DNA of 64,000 nt. It comes from Azolla caroliniana (taxonomy: Eukaryota; Plantae; Polypodiophyta). The first letter of the stretch is position 1. Every line of letters starts with the position of its first letter. Of the stretch, positions 1 to 12,569 are shown in pieces. The DNA lies in the NCBI GenBank assembly GCA_043228905.1, contig JBHGNT010000002.1, positions 23,002,001 through 23,066,000 on the forward strand, read 5' to 3'. A program made the position numbers and the translations under genes. The notes below the pieces were generated by a model. That model made no database searches. It was not told where the DNA came from and saw nothing but the letters and a program-made list of their open reading frames with translations.

Positions 1-578
1 AACTTGTGAATCCCACAAGTATAGATTATATTATTTTCGTGAATCCCACGATTATATTAATCGGTTGGTGTTTTCGGAAATATATCCAATTTCCAAATAT
101 TTCACACCCTATTACATTGTGCTCCCCATCCTTATGTAGTGATGGGAGAGACTAAGCATAGCTACATGCTTTTTTTCTAATATTTTCATGCACACTAAAT
201 GTGCATGTGATGCTTTTCTAATCCTTGCTTTTATTTGCTAAATATAGTGCTCATGCACGCTAGATGTGCACGAGTCACTTTTTAGTTGCTTGCGTTTTTT
301 CTATAAAATATTCACACACTCTAAAAATGCACGATTTACCTTTTAATAAAGGTAGGCGCAAATAAAGCACTTATAGTTATTAAATCTATTTATAGAATAC
401 TAAAGATAAGGTAGCATAATGCTAAACTTGAGGTTTGGCTACGTGGAGGTACAAGGTTCGAATCTTGCCCTATGCACGTGATAAATATCTTGATATTCTT
501 ATTTTATTTATTTATATGTAATTAAATCGGTTATATTATTTTTACTTTTTCACGTAGTGTACGAAATACACTACGACA
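1..578 (-). mobile_element. Partial LTR of a family-B-like gypsy element (5' end on minus strand) inserted into the 3' LTR of element A1
   Basis: The minus strand starts TGTCGT followed by a hairpin (cgtagtgta-cgaaa-tacactacg, 552-575), the same layout as the solo LTR at 13127-14018. It truncates the A1 LTR exactly at 578/579. The other end is outside the window. Confidence 0.55.
412..468 (+). promoter_or_regulatory. tRNA-derived A-box/B-box cassette inside an LTR
   Basis: A-box-like TAGCATAATGC at 412 and B-box GGTTCGAATC at 455-464, with tRNA spacing. No intact acceptor stem. Confidence 0.5.
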
Positions 579-894
579 ACGTAGGTTACACGATTAGAGT
601 GCTTTGGTTAATTACACGCGTAAGATATAACAGTAAGTACAGAACGGAAATCAACACAGAAGTATAAACACCATATGCTCTATTAATTATCCGCTGCGAT
701 TACAATGGGGTCCGGGCCTTTAAATAGGTTTCCGGCCCGTAGTACAAAACGGTGCCCATCGCACCTATTCGGGATCCGTCCGGATCTGGAACGGCATACC
801 GTTTCCAGTCCGTCCGTCCACACTATTCCTATTTACAACCACACTTAATTAATTCCTTCACTCCGTATTTTGGACTCCTTGCCGGCCGGTAACA
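579..894 (-). repeat. A1 3' LTR (truncated by insertion)
   Basis: Direct repeat of 9933-10248; begins TGTTACC on the minus strand. Confidence 0.93.
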
Positions 895-946
895 CATGGC
901 ACGCCCGTGGGACAATACCTTGTACGTCGAACCCTTCTCGGCCCCT

Positions 947-3579
947 TCATTGTTCACCCAAATTGTCCAAAATACTTTGTTCCAGAACTTCCACTTGTTC
1001 TTCCGGTTGTGGTTGTTGCGGCTGTGCTTGCTGCTGCTGCTGTGGTTGCGGTTGGGACTGAGGCTGCTCCGGCTGCTTTGCTTGCTGCTGCTGCTGTGGT
1101 TGCGGTTGGGACTGAGACTGCTCCGTTTGTTTCTCTGACTCCGGCATCTCCGTTTGACTGCTTCCGGTCCGGTCTCCTTCCAGTAACGGTTCCTCATCAC
1201 TGAGGTTGACCGTAACCGGTTCTCGTGCTTTCTCTTCCCGGATCCGGGACCTCTCGTAGCTTTCAAACTGGATCTGCGCCTCCAGCCTGTCGTCGTCCAG
1301 CTGAGCTACAAGTTGCCGGACTTGCCCTAGTTGGTCGTCTGCCAAGGCTTGAAAGTCCTCGGCCAGCTCATCTCTTATGCCGGTGAAGTCTTCGGAAGTC
1401 AGCATATAGCAATCATCTCCCTCCTTCCGCCGGTTCTCTACGTCGGCCCGGAGCAATTGGAGTTCCGCCGCGTTCGTGGCCCACTTGGTCCACCATTTGA
1501 CGGAACCGTTGTCAATCAAGCTCTTGGTCTGGTTCAACCAGGCCCGAATGATATCCTGGATACGACTTGCTCCCATTTGCGCTCTACTTTCCACAACTTG
1601 TCGTTCCTCCTTCAACTGCTTGATGAGATTAGCCGTATCCTCCGCCTGCTCTCTGTAGCGCGTCAGCTGCCCTTGATATGTTGTCTGTAGCCTCTACAGT
1701 ACCTCCGCCGCTCTTTCTTTTTCCGCCTGCTGTTGCCTGAGGAGCTCTGTCCGAACCTTCTCCGCCTCTTCCAGCCGTCTTCTGGTTTCCGCTTGTTCCT
1801 TAGCGTATGCCATTGCGGTCCGATCAACTGCTTGCCGAAGCTCATCCATCCGTTCCTTGTGCTCCGTTTGCAACCGTTTATACTCCCGGTGCAAGTGCTC
1901 AAATTCCTCCGTTTTTTTTTGAGCTTGCCGTTGATCTGGCGCTGGTTCCGGTCCTCCCGGTCCTTTACCTGTCGGAGTTCCTCTTTCAGGCGCTCTACTT
2001 CTGTTTCGGCGTTCCTCCGGAGCCTGTCCTTCTCTTGCAGCATTTTCTCCTTCTCCTCCTTGAGCCGGTCGTACGCTTGGTGGCCCTTCCGTAAGCTCTC
2101 CTCGGCCCGGCGTAGATTCTCAACAGTCTTTTTGAGTTCTGCCTCCGCTGCCGTCTTCAATTCTCTTTCGCGGCTCCTCAGCGCTTCTTGGGCAGCTAGC
2201 TCATCCTTTAAATCCGCAAGCTCTTGGGCTTGTGCCGCATTTCTTTCCGGAACGGTTTCCGTTGCCGGGGTCTGATTGCTATGTACAGGTTGATCTGACG
2301 CCTTATTCTGTACATTGCCCGGAGTCACCGGTGCTTGGACTTGTGTTGTCAAAGCGAATTGAGCCATTTCCCTTGTGACCCTGTCCAAGTCTTGTTCAAG
2401 GCTCCGGATTCTGGACCAGGCCGTCTCTAGATCTACGGTTGTGACGAGCAACCGTTCGTTGTGCGCTCTCTCCTCCGCGTCTATGTACTCGACCGCTCCG
2501 GCGATCTGCTCGCCTACCCACCGTAGCCACATGCTACTGGTGCCTTGCTGCTGTACTGGTCCTACTCCTTGGCCGCCGTGTGTGCTGGCTGGGCTCGCCG
2601 GCTGCTGAGTTCCGGTTCTCGCCGTCTCCGGAGCCGTTGGAATGACTTCTTCTATAGAAGTCGACAAGGCCGGTTCCATACGCACCGGTTCCGGTTCCTC
2701 CCTTGTGGTTTGCTCAGGTTGAGTTGGGGGCGTCGTTTCTTCCTCTTGCGGGTACGAACGCTCCCCGGCGGTCCTACTTCTTGACCGTCGTTGGAGGTGC
2801 TCTTCTGCCTCCTCCGTTTCCTCTTCCTGGGTAACGGCATGTTTCTGTGCCGTCAAGGGTTCCGGTTCCTTCTGTCCCGGTCGCCGTATGGTTATCTTAA
2901 CGGGTCGGACCGGTGACACCTCCTCCGGTTTTGGGACCCGTTTCTTCCCTTTCGTCGCCTTCGACGCCAGCAGCTGTTGTCGTTTAGACGCGGGTTTCGA
3001 GGTGCTTCCTTCCGATAATCTTGGCCGCTTCTTTGGCTAGACGGTCTCGACCGGCGGCACTAGCAATGTTATCCACTGAGCTACGGCATGCCACAGCTTC
3101 CGGCCCTCCTTGCCGTCCTTTCCTCGTACCATGTCGATTGCCGCGCACAACCCGTCTGCAATCAACACTAGCCAATCCACCTTGATCCCTTCATAGGTGG
3201 CTATGATCATCCCTGCCCGATTCTTTGGCATGACAGGGGGTCGGGGGTACACGTGGCCGTACTCATGGAGCACTCGAGCTATCTCCTTGAATAGCGGATC
3301 TTCGCCGCCCTGCGTTCGATAGCCTTTGTCGGCAACAGAGTACTCACCGAAATATCGGATGAGTTGCTCCGAGGTTGGGTTATCGATCTGAAAGATACCT
3401 CCCTCCGGAAGGCCTGTTAGCGCATGGATCGCTTCCTCGGTGATGACCTCTGTGGCGAGCTCCTTGATGACCCGGTCGGCTTCTCTGTGCGGTGGTGCCT
3501 CCATGATGGTCAAGAACCCATCCAGTCCGTGTTGCCTGAACCATTTCCTGGCCGCTTCCGTCAGCGTTTGTGGTTCCAT
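947..3579 (-). pseudogene. A1 additional 3' ORF (about 877 aa reconstructed): globular N-terminal domain, basic NLS-like motif, long coiled coil, Q-rich tail
   Basis: ATG at 3579. ORF pieces 3037-3579, 1915-3036, 1694-1915 and 947-1693 join through two in-frame TAG stops (3037, 1694) and one 1-nt frameshift in an A run near 1915. Confidence 0.75.
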
Positions 3580-3908
3580 GTCTGCTTCGAGGTCGAGGAA
3601 AGATGGCGAGGTAGAGTGGTGATGAGAGTGAGAGCGAGAGAGAGAGCGTTCTGAACGCGGGGGTTCTCTGAGTGCAGGTTCGCGTTTGCTAAGCTTCCAC
3701 TGCCTTGGTACTTCTGTGCTTCTTGGCTCGCGAAAAAAGAAGGTCTCCATGCGCTCTTCTTTTTCTCTGTGCGTCTTGGCGCCTTTTTCGAGCATGCGCA
3801 CGTCGTGTACCGATTTAGTATTAAGTAACGTGGCGGCTCTTAAATGCCCACTACGTACCTTTTCGCTCCTTGCTTTCACGTCCGTTCACACCTCGATTTT
3901 TAATTATT

Positions 3909-3910
<2 letters not shown>

Positions 3911-3944
<34 letters not shown>
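3911..3944 (-). repeat. Poly(A)34 tract between the pol stop and the additional ORF
   Basis: 34 consecutive T on the plus strand, 19 nt past the pol stop. Confidence 0.95.
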
Positions 3945-3948
<4 letters not shown>

Positions 3949-3962
3949 GACGGTATGTGACC

Positions 3963-6900
3963 TTACACATCCGTAGGTCCCTTCGGACCCTTACCGTTTT
4001 CCTTACGGGTTGCCGTGTCTTCCTTCACCTCTGCTACGAGTTCCCCGTTGTCTTTTTCTTCCATCCGTACCGTTCCCGGTATAGTGCCGGTGGTCTGCAT
4101 AAACGGGTTCTTTGGCATCGGTCCTTTATAGGGCTTTAATCTAAATCCGTTGACCCACTTGCCTAGTACTTCACCGGCAAGTGTCCCTAACTGATAGGAC
4201 CCGTTGTATTCCCGTGTCAGCCAATACGGGCCTGTCCATCTGAACCGGAGTTTACCCGGCATCTTGCCCATCCTCGTTTGGAATACTAGCACCGGCTTTC
4301 CGATTTCGAACATCTTTTCATTACCTTTCCGGTGACGGTCAACGAACGCTTTCTGTCGTCGTTGCTCCAGTTCCATGTGTAGGATGCTAGCCAGCCGTTG
4401 CTCCTCCAGTTCGCATAGTGCTACTAGCCGCATTTCCTCCGACTCCTTTTCATTCAGCCGTTCCCGTAGTTGGATCCGTAAGCTTGGTACCTGAAATTCC
4501 ACCGGCATGACCGCCTCTAAGCCGAACGCTAACCGGAACGGCGTTGTCCGGATACTTGTTTTGTATGCCGTTCGGTACGCCCATAGCGCGCTATGGAGCT
4601 TTGTATCCCAGTCCGTCCGGTTTTCATTGACGATTTTGCGGAGAATGTTCTGCAGCGTTTTGTTGGTGGACTCTGCTAACCCGTTCGCTTGTGGGTAGTA
4701 CGGTGTGCTCCGTTTATGGACCACGGCATAGAACGTTGTTAAGCTTTCCACTACCTGGCCGAGGAAATGCCCTCCTTGGTCGCTGATTAATTCAATCGGA
4801 CATCCATATCGGCACCAAATGTTCTCGTACAGGAATTTTGCTGTGGATGACGCGGTATTGTCTCTCAAGGCCTTAGCCTCCACCCATTTAGTGCAATAAT
4901 CTGTTGCCACGATGACATAACGATTACCCGTTCTCATTGCCGGTGGCTTGAACGGTCCGACAAAATCCAACCCCCACTTCTGGAATGGCTCTAGTGGAAG
5001 TACCGGTTGGTGTGGCATCCGTGCTTGCTCCGTAGGTTGGCCCATTCGTTGGCATAGGTCACATTCCTTAGCATACTTGACGGCGTCTTTTAACGTCGTG
5101 GGCCACCATAAGCCGCTCTGCCATACTTTCCTTGCCGTCGCTTCCCCGGCATAGTGTCCTCCGGCAACCCCACAGTGTGCTTCCCGTAAGATTACTTGTT
5201 TCTCGTCACTACGGACTGCCCGTCTCCATATTCCATCTGCTCCTTTGTGGTAGAGAGTGTCCCGTAACAGACAGAAATTGCGGCTCTGCACAGCCAGTCG
5301 TTTCCTCTCGTCCCGGTTCATTTCCTCCGGTGGCAGGCCCGTGCTTAGGAACTGGTGCATGTTTGTCAGCCACCTATCTTCTGATGCCACCGTGTCGTCC
5401 GCTGCCGTTTCCGGGGTGATACGGAATAACTCTGCGTCCGGGAATTCATCCGCTACTCCGTCGCCTGATTCTCCGGACTCTAACCGGCTCAGGTAGTCTG
5501 CTACGGCATGCTGGATATCGGGCCGGTGGAAAATCTCGAATTCGAACTCCTGCAACAGCAAGGTCCAACGGGCCAACTTACCGGTCAGGGACGCCTTGGA
5601 CACTAAGTACAGGAGCGCCGAGTGATCCACATGAAAGGAGAACTTCCTTCCCAATAGGTAATGACGAAACTTTGTTACACTGTAGATCATGCCCAGGGCC
5701 TCCCGTTCCGTCGTCGAATAGTTCTTCTCCGCTTGGGACAGCTTCCGGCTGGCGTAATATACCGGCCGGTACCATTTGGGCTCCGTAAGTTGCATTAAGG
5801 CGCTGCCGATGGCGATGTCGGAAGCGTCAACGAACACATGAAATTCCTTGCTCCAATCCGGAGGTTGCACGACGGGTGCTTGCGACAAAAGTACCTTCAG
5901 GGCATTGTATGCCTTATCCTCCGTATCCGTCCATTGGAACGGTGTCCGATGTACCGCGGTGTGTAATGGTGTAGCCAAGTCAGCCAAGTGACGGAGCATC
6001 CGGCTGTGCCACCGGATCTGTCCTAAGAATCGGCTTAGTGCTTTGGCCGTTTTCGGCGCCGGTGCCCCTAGTATCGCGTTTACTTTGTCCGGGTCGACCG
6101 CAATGCCCTCCTTACAATGTGTCCCAGTAATATTCCACTTGAAACTCCAAAGATGCATTTTGCTGGGTTTAAGCTTAGCCTACACTTTTCAAGGCATAAC
6201 CGTAGGTGCTGCAAATGGTCTTTTCCCCGGCTATAGACTGCAAAATCATCTAGGAAAACCTGCATGAAGGCAGGAATGTATTCTCCGAAGATCTCCATGA
6301 TGATTCGCTGGAAAGTTGCTGGTGCCGTTTTTAGGCCGAACATCATTACTTCGGCCACAAACACCCCCCATTCGGTGACGAACATTGTCTTCTCCTGGTC
6401 GTCAGGGTGCATCCGGATTTGATTGTAACCGCTGAACCCGTCTAGAAAGCTATAAACTTCATGGCCGGCGACAGCATCCAGTACTCCATCCGTGAACGGA
6501 AGAGGGAATGCATCCGTAATTGTGGCTGCATTTAGTTTCCGGTAATCTACACACACACGGATTTTACCGTTCTTCTTTGGGACGATGACGATGGGGCTCA
6601 GCCACGTCGCTTTCTTTACCGGTCGGATGAAGCCCACTCTTAGGAGTTTGTCGATTTCCTCCTTCACTTTGGCGGCGTAGTTGGGGTTCATTCGGTAACG
6701 TCTTTGCGCCACTGGTTTCGCGTCCTTGCCTAAGTGGATCTGATGCTGATATAATTGAGGGTCCAACCCTCGCATGTCTTCGTATGACCAGACGAATACG
6801 TCGCGAAACTCCGTGAGAAGTTTGATCATCGCCGCTTTATCTTCCGGCTTCATTTCTTTGGCGATGTGTACCGGCTTTGATTCGTCCTTGCTTCCTAGGT

Positions 6901-9776
6901 TCACTTCGTCGAGCTGGGATGTTTTTACCCGTTGGGAAACGGCCATTTCCCGTTCCAATGCTTCCTGTGCTTGCCGTAATTCCTGAATCGCATCTTTATC
7001 TGGTTCGGCTTCGGTGTCGTCCCGCTGCGGCAAGTATGGCGCTACGGCTTCAGCTACATCAATCTCGAAGAGTGGTACGATCTTCGGGTGTTCCTCCAAG
7101 TACTGGGCTTCTTCGTCGTCTGCCAATCCTTCAAGCATGTTCACGCATTCCGCATACAGCGGTGTGCATTCCTTACCGTTGCTCGTCCGTGGTTGTGTCG
7201 GTACCCGGACCTTGGCTTTTCCGCGCCGGAAGGTAATCATATTTTTCCGCTAATTTTGCTTGATGTGTGCTGTTTTCAACCATGGTCTGCCCAGCAACAG
7301 TGGGTACGCGCCTTGCGCCTGTAGCTGCAGCACTACAGCCGAGATGTGAAATGTGTGACCTCCTATGGTGACTTCCAATTTCCGTATTAAGCCCGTCGGC
7401 CGTACAGAGCTCGTATCCGCCATCCGTAGCCAGAACGGGCATGGCTCCCATTCCTGTATACCCAAGGCATCACACGTGCGGAGGCTTATTACGTTCACCC
7501 CGGAACCTCCATCGATTACGGTGCCGGGAAGTTCGTGCCCTTTGACAATAGCTGTAATCACCGGACTACTAGTGTCCACCACCGTCGGTCCCTCCTCCGG
7601 GTTCGAGAAGAGGACTGGTGCTGGTGGGGCTATACCGTCTGTCATGACCGTTTTTAGTCCTTCCGTAAATCGCGGCACGAGCTGCAAGAGTCTGCCTAAT
7701 GGCAACGTGATCTGACATTCTTGCAGTGCTTGCCATGTCTCGTTTTCTGCGTGGCCAGCGCCGGCACTCCCTATGGTATTCGCCTTTTGCCGTTCCGCGT
7801 CCGCGACGTTCCTTTCATTGGCTTCCTTCACCCATTCCGTCGCCTGTTTTCATATGGCCTCTTGTGTTTCCCACTCTTTGGCCATGCCTTTCGACCGTGT
7901 GGTTACTTGCTGTATATCCGCCACTTCCGGAACCACCATATTAACTGCTGGTCGTTTCTCGTAGCTCTTTACCGGGCACTGGTTACTGTAGTGGCCTTCC
8001 TGCCTGCAGTAGTAGCAGTACTCTTTACGGTTATTGCTGGATTCAGCATTGCTGGTAGCCGGAATCGGTCCCGTAGTGAGTGGTGCGTTCTGTGCCGGTT
8101 GGCTCCTTGGGGTTCCATGTTCCGGGTCCCTAGTGTGACCACCTTTCTTGAAATTCCGTTTCTTATTATTCTTATTTTTATTTCGGTAGTCCGGTCGTGG
8201 TGGATCGTAAAATCGGCCGTAGTCCTCCTGGTGCCTTCGGTAACCAGGGGAATGGTCTCTGTCGTATTGCTCGTGTCGTCTGTTGGGCTCCCGATAACGG
8301 TCCGATTGCTCATACCGGTCGTAGTTATCATGCCGATTCCCGTACCGGCCATCATTCTCTTGTCTGTCTCCGTACCGGACATCCTGTGCCGGTCGGTACC
8401 GGTTCATTTTTTGCCAACGATCGTCATCTTCGTCTCGGCTGCTTCTTGGCTCGATCCGTCGGACAGGTGGTGCTTGTCGGTTTAACAGGTTATACTCGCA
8501 CCGGTCCGTTGTATGACTCTTGGATTGACAAATCACACACTGGGTTCGCATGGTGCATTCCACTGCCGAGTGTCCGGCATTCAAGCAGATTGTGCATTGA
8601 ATTGCCTGCCGGAACCGGAGATCTTCCTCGGTGGGTAGCGCCCGTTGCAGTGTTCCCAGTGTAAGCCATGAGCTTGACTTTTCCATTTCTCTGACCCGGT
8701 CAATGACCTGGTCAATGGTGCTTCCTCGAAAATCGATTACCGTACACACCGTGCGTAACGGTTCCCGGAGTGCGTTTAAAAATATCGTCCGTAATTCCTC
8801 CTCCGGGGGTGCACGGGCAAGCTGGCTATGCATTCGTTGGAAACGGATGACGAATTGGGGAATGCTTTCCCCTGCCTCCTGTCGGATCGTATAAAATAGG
8901 CCCACCATTGTCGTCTGGTCGACCTCCTTGTGGAAAAAATGCAAGAATTTTGCTTTTAATTCTGCAAAGGTTGTGATGGTCGCCGGGTCCTGCGTCCGCC
9001 GCCATCGTGTCGCTGGTCCTTCCAACGTGACCCCGAACTCCGCTATCTTCGAGCGTTCTTCTTCCTCCGGTGTCATTCGCTGGGACGTGTGATTTGCTTC
9101 CCATGTCTGCTCGAAGGCATGAACATGCGCTTCCGCGTCCGGATCATCGCAATACTTTGAGTATTGGAACGACATGTCGTCGTCCAGTATTAGGCCGCGG
9201 TTTAGTAGCGTCTGTTCATATCTTTCCGGTTTCCTCTCCGGTTCCACTTCCGGTTGTTTTGCCGGTGCTTTTTTCGGTTCCTCTTCCGGTTCTTTTTCCG
9301 GTTCTTTCACCGGCTCGTCTTCCGGTACCTTTGTCGGCTCTTTCGTTGGTGTCGGTGGCTTTGCTTCTTCCACTTCCGGTGTTGGTGGGTTGACGGCTTC
9401 CGTTTGTGGTTCCGGTTCTGGAGTCGGCACGGTATCCGACCCGTCGTCCTCCGGGCCGCCGGGGGTATCGTTGCACGCTGTATCCCCCTTCGGAATCCGA
9501 TTCGTAGGCTGAAAAGGCTTCTGCCTCGTTTTCTCCGCTTGCCAGCGCCGCCAGGAGGCGTTCGGTTTCCCGGAGACTACTTAGACTGCTTCCGTCATCC
9601 TGGTCGCGAGTTTGCTGTAACCGAAGAGATTCCTCCGCGACTCTCCGGATCTCGTTGGAGAACGAACGATCCGAGCGAATTTCGTGCGCTGCTTGCTGGA
9701 AAGTCTCACGCCGTCTTTGCCGTTCAGCGAGGCGTCGAGCTCGGTCTGTAACCAGGTCGTCCGTTGGTCTCGTCAT
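3963..9776 (-). pseudogene. A1 gag-pol polyprotein (three CCHC knuckles, protease IDGGSG, RT FLDD, RNase H DAS, integrase), disrupted
   Basis: ORF segments 9216-9776, 7850-9430, 7250-7831, 6080-7240 and 3963-6158. Gag, PR and RT share one frame with stops at 7850 and 7250. Frameshifts occur near 9480 and 6115. Confidence 0.93.
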
Positions 9777-9813
9777 CCATTAAGCCGTCGTTCGCTGCGA
9801 GAAAGCAGGAATC

Positions 9814-9823
9814 ATGGTCGCCA
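9814..9823 (-). other. A1 primer-binding site (tRNA-Arg type)
   Basis: TGGCGACCAT lies 4 nt inside the 5' LTR. The second copy has TGGCGACCAC at about 41558-41567. Confidence 0.75.
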
Positions 9824-9827
9824 AAAC

Positions 9828-10248
9828 TGTGTTATTCTCTGACCGGACAAGGCCTAACACAAGGTGTCACGGAGACACTTCACCAAAGGGTGATTACGGC
9901 ATAGGATTAAGATTCAACGATTACACCGACTTACGTAGGTTACACGATTAGAGTGCTTTGGTTAATTACACGCGTAAGATATAACAGTAAGTACAGAACG
10001 GAAATCAACACAGAAGTATAAACACCATATGCTCTATTAATTATCCGCTGCGATTACAATGGGGTCCGGGCCTTTAAATAGGTTTCCGGCCCGTAGTACA
10101 AAACGGTGCCCATCGCACCTATTCGGGATCCGTCCGGATCTGGAACGGCATACCGTTTCCAGTCCGTCCGTCCACATTATTCCTATTTACAACCACACTT
10201 AATTAATTCCTTCACTCCGTATTTTGGACTCCTTGCCGGCCGGTAACA
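9828..10248 (-). repeat. A1 5' LTR (421 bp)
   Basis: TG...CA termini, adjacent PBS, matches 579-894. Confidence 0.93.
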
Positions 10249-10415
10249 TCAATCTCTCTCAATCGTGTAATCTCAACTTCTCTCTTTCCCAATCTATCTT
10301 AAGTACTTTCTCGCTAAAGCTTGCACCAAAGCTTGTACCGACTTTGAGTCCTTCTGGTCAAGAACCCCAACGGTTCCGCCTCACGATCCGCGCGTAGTGA
10401 CGGATCTTCACGACA
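10249..10415 (+). repeat. 3' end of a family-B LTR into which A1 inserted
   Basis: The ...aagaacccc...ggttccgcct...cgaca end resembles the U5 ends of the other family B LTRs (gacccc...ggtcccgcc...gaca). No PBS follows. Confidence 0.6.
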
Positions 10416-11639
10416 ACGCCAACTTTGGAAGCATGTTCCTAGGACTATTAATACATAAGCCCTCTATGAAATATTGAATTACATGCACTAATGGGTGCTA
10501 TAATAAAAAAACATACTAATTCTATTTTAAACATAAAACCTTGGTGTACACCAACTAGAGCGGGATCTTACTTTGCTAAGCCCCAATACCCTCATAAGAT
10601 TTCTCTCACGAAGGAGGTTGAATGATTGGTGGTAAATAATCAAATGCTTCATGTTTACATAAAATAAATGTCAGTACGGATACAAAATTATATGTTTGTA
10701 TGCATGATGTACCTATAAATGTATCTATATATGTATTCATGTGTGTATATATATGTATGTATATGAATGAATAAATGTGTATGCATGAATGGATGAATGT
10801 ATGCATGAGTATGGGTATATGTAGGTATGTATTCATGTGTGTTTTTATATTTTACCTATCACTTGGTTAATAAATCCTAAACCAAATCAAGGAGGATAGC
10901 TCTACGATCGTGCTCTATTGAAGGTTGATGCTAGGAGTAGCATCAACCTTCAAAAAGAAGAAAAGGAGGATTTTGAATTCCCCCTTTTAAACATGTGCCG
11001 CTAAACATCGAGGTTTAGCATGAATAGAAATGATAGAAAACATTAATGTGGTTAGCATTGCAAGCTTTTTGGTGATGTTTAGCATCGTTATTTTGTTAAA
11101 GTGGAATCCTCTTACGGTCCCTTATGTAGTAGTTGTATGTCTTTTAAGTTTCATCTTAGGATTTTAAAGAGCCTGAGCTCGTTTTCATCTCTTTCTAAGT
11201 TAGAATCTTAACTTTAATCTCCTCTCTACTATTGGAAAATCCAAAATGAAATGTTCTATTTTACATGGTTTGATTGATTGTATCTAATAGGAGACTATCC
11301 TTTAATGATATTGATCATGGTTGTTTCTTCCTTCTCTCACGTCTTTGCTTTATCATGAATATTCAATGATTAAAAGGGGTTAAGTAAGATTAAACTCGTT
11401 CTTGTGCATCTAGGTATTAGGTTAGAGTTAGGAGTAGATTAACACCCACTCTTGCGTGTTCGGCCAACAATAGAGTAGACGTTGTCACATCTCCTTTGGT
11501 TCTATGTTAGTGACGTAAGTCCATGAACAACATGTGGTCCATTGAGACCCAAAAACACAATGGGTCAATTAGAACTCTAATTTTTTAAAGGAGGGGCCTA
11601 AGGATTACACTAGGCCAACTACAACCCTCAACTCTAGCA

Positions 11640-12410
11640 ATTGAGGTAAGATCATGTAATTTTTATAGTGTTTTAAATAGATGGGGCACTCTTCAAATTT
11701 AGCAAGAACGCAATTTGGCACATCTTGTGTCATTCTATAAAAGAGGATCTTGTTTCATCACCAAGTGGAAATGTAACATCTAAAACTATGAACTCAATAC
11801 CACCAACATAGCACAACTAAAGAACCAAGGGTATTGTTTACCTCAAGAAACTAGCTTATGGTTGGTGCCATGTGCTCTGTAGTTCTTGCAAGGAGTATAG
11901 TGAAGCCATAAAGGGATTGTGATTGTTCATCTAGATTATTCTAACGGTTCATTTCCATGGAAATGTAGCTTGACGCATCCCCATGAAATATTTTTGAGTA
12001 TCATTTTCTAGATTCACTACAAAGGCTTGTCATGCGTTCTTTTCCGTGAGAACAAGGTTGGTTTTGGGTGTATGTAAATATTAAATCCAACCTTCCAAAT
12101 TTGAACTGGCAACCAAAGGATTACAATAGGCCAATGAAAATAAGGTTTCCAGTAATTATCTCGATTTTCAAATAGATGGCATACTCTTTGAATTTAGTAA
12201 GAACACAATTTAGTGAACTTTTTGTGGACCAAGCGGAATATAGTAGATCTAAAGCTATTGAATTAGAGCCACCAACTTAACGAGCCAAAACTAGTGTTTA
12301 CCTCAAGCAACTAGCTTACAATGAAAGCATTAAGACAATGTGATTGTCCATCTAGATTATTGCAATATTTTATTTAGTTCTCTATGACATTCCTTATCCT
12401 TGCAAGATTG
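11640..12410 (-). pseudogene. Highly degenerate, internally duplicated copia integrase-like remnant
   Basis: Segments near 11675-11945 and 12170-12365 are diverged copies of each other. Minus-strand translation gives LTKFKE-like residues only. Confidence 0.3.
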
Positions 12411-12422
12411 ACAAGGAATAGA

Positions 12423-12424
<2 letters not shown>

Positions 12425-12471
<47 letters not shown>
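12425..12471. repeat. (CA)n microsatellite
   Basis: About 23 CA units. Confidence 0.95.
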
Positions 12472-12475
<4 letters not shown>

Positions 12476-12569
12476 AATATTATTTTGGTTGAGATATTGA
12501 CAAGGAATACAAAAGAAGTGCATGTGAGACGAATATAACATAGATACAGCTCGATGGTCCCATTCGTAA

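Larger units (their letters stand above)
579..10248 (-). mobile_element. Ty3/gypsy LTR retrotransposon A1 (non-chromovirus, Athila/Phygy-like) with additional 3' ORF
   Basis: Near-identical LTRs at 579-894 (truncated) and 9828-10248. PBS TGGCGACCAT next to the 5' LTR. Domain order is gag-PR-RT-RH-INT with no chromodomain. Confidence 0.93.

Noticed and set aside
552-578. Helitron 3' end (terminal hairpin)
   Set aside because: No CTRR follows the hairpin. The end reads TGTCGT on the minus strand like the family-B LTR starts.
10680-10845. ORF 10606-10836 and TATG-rich periodicity
   Set aside because: Degenerate microsatellite with no coding evidence.
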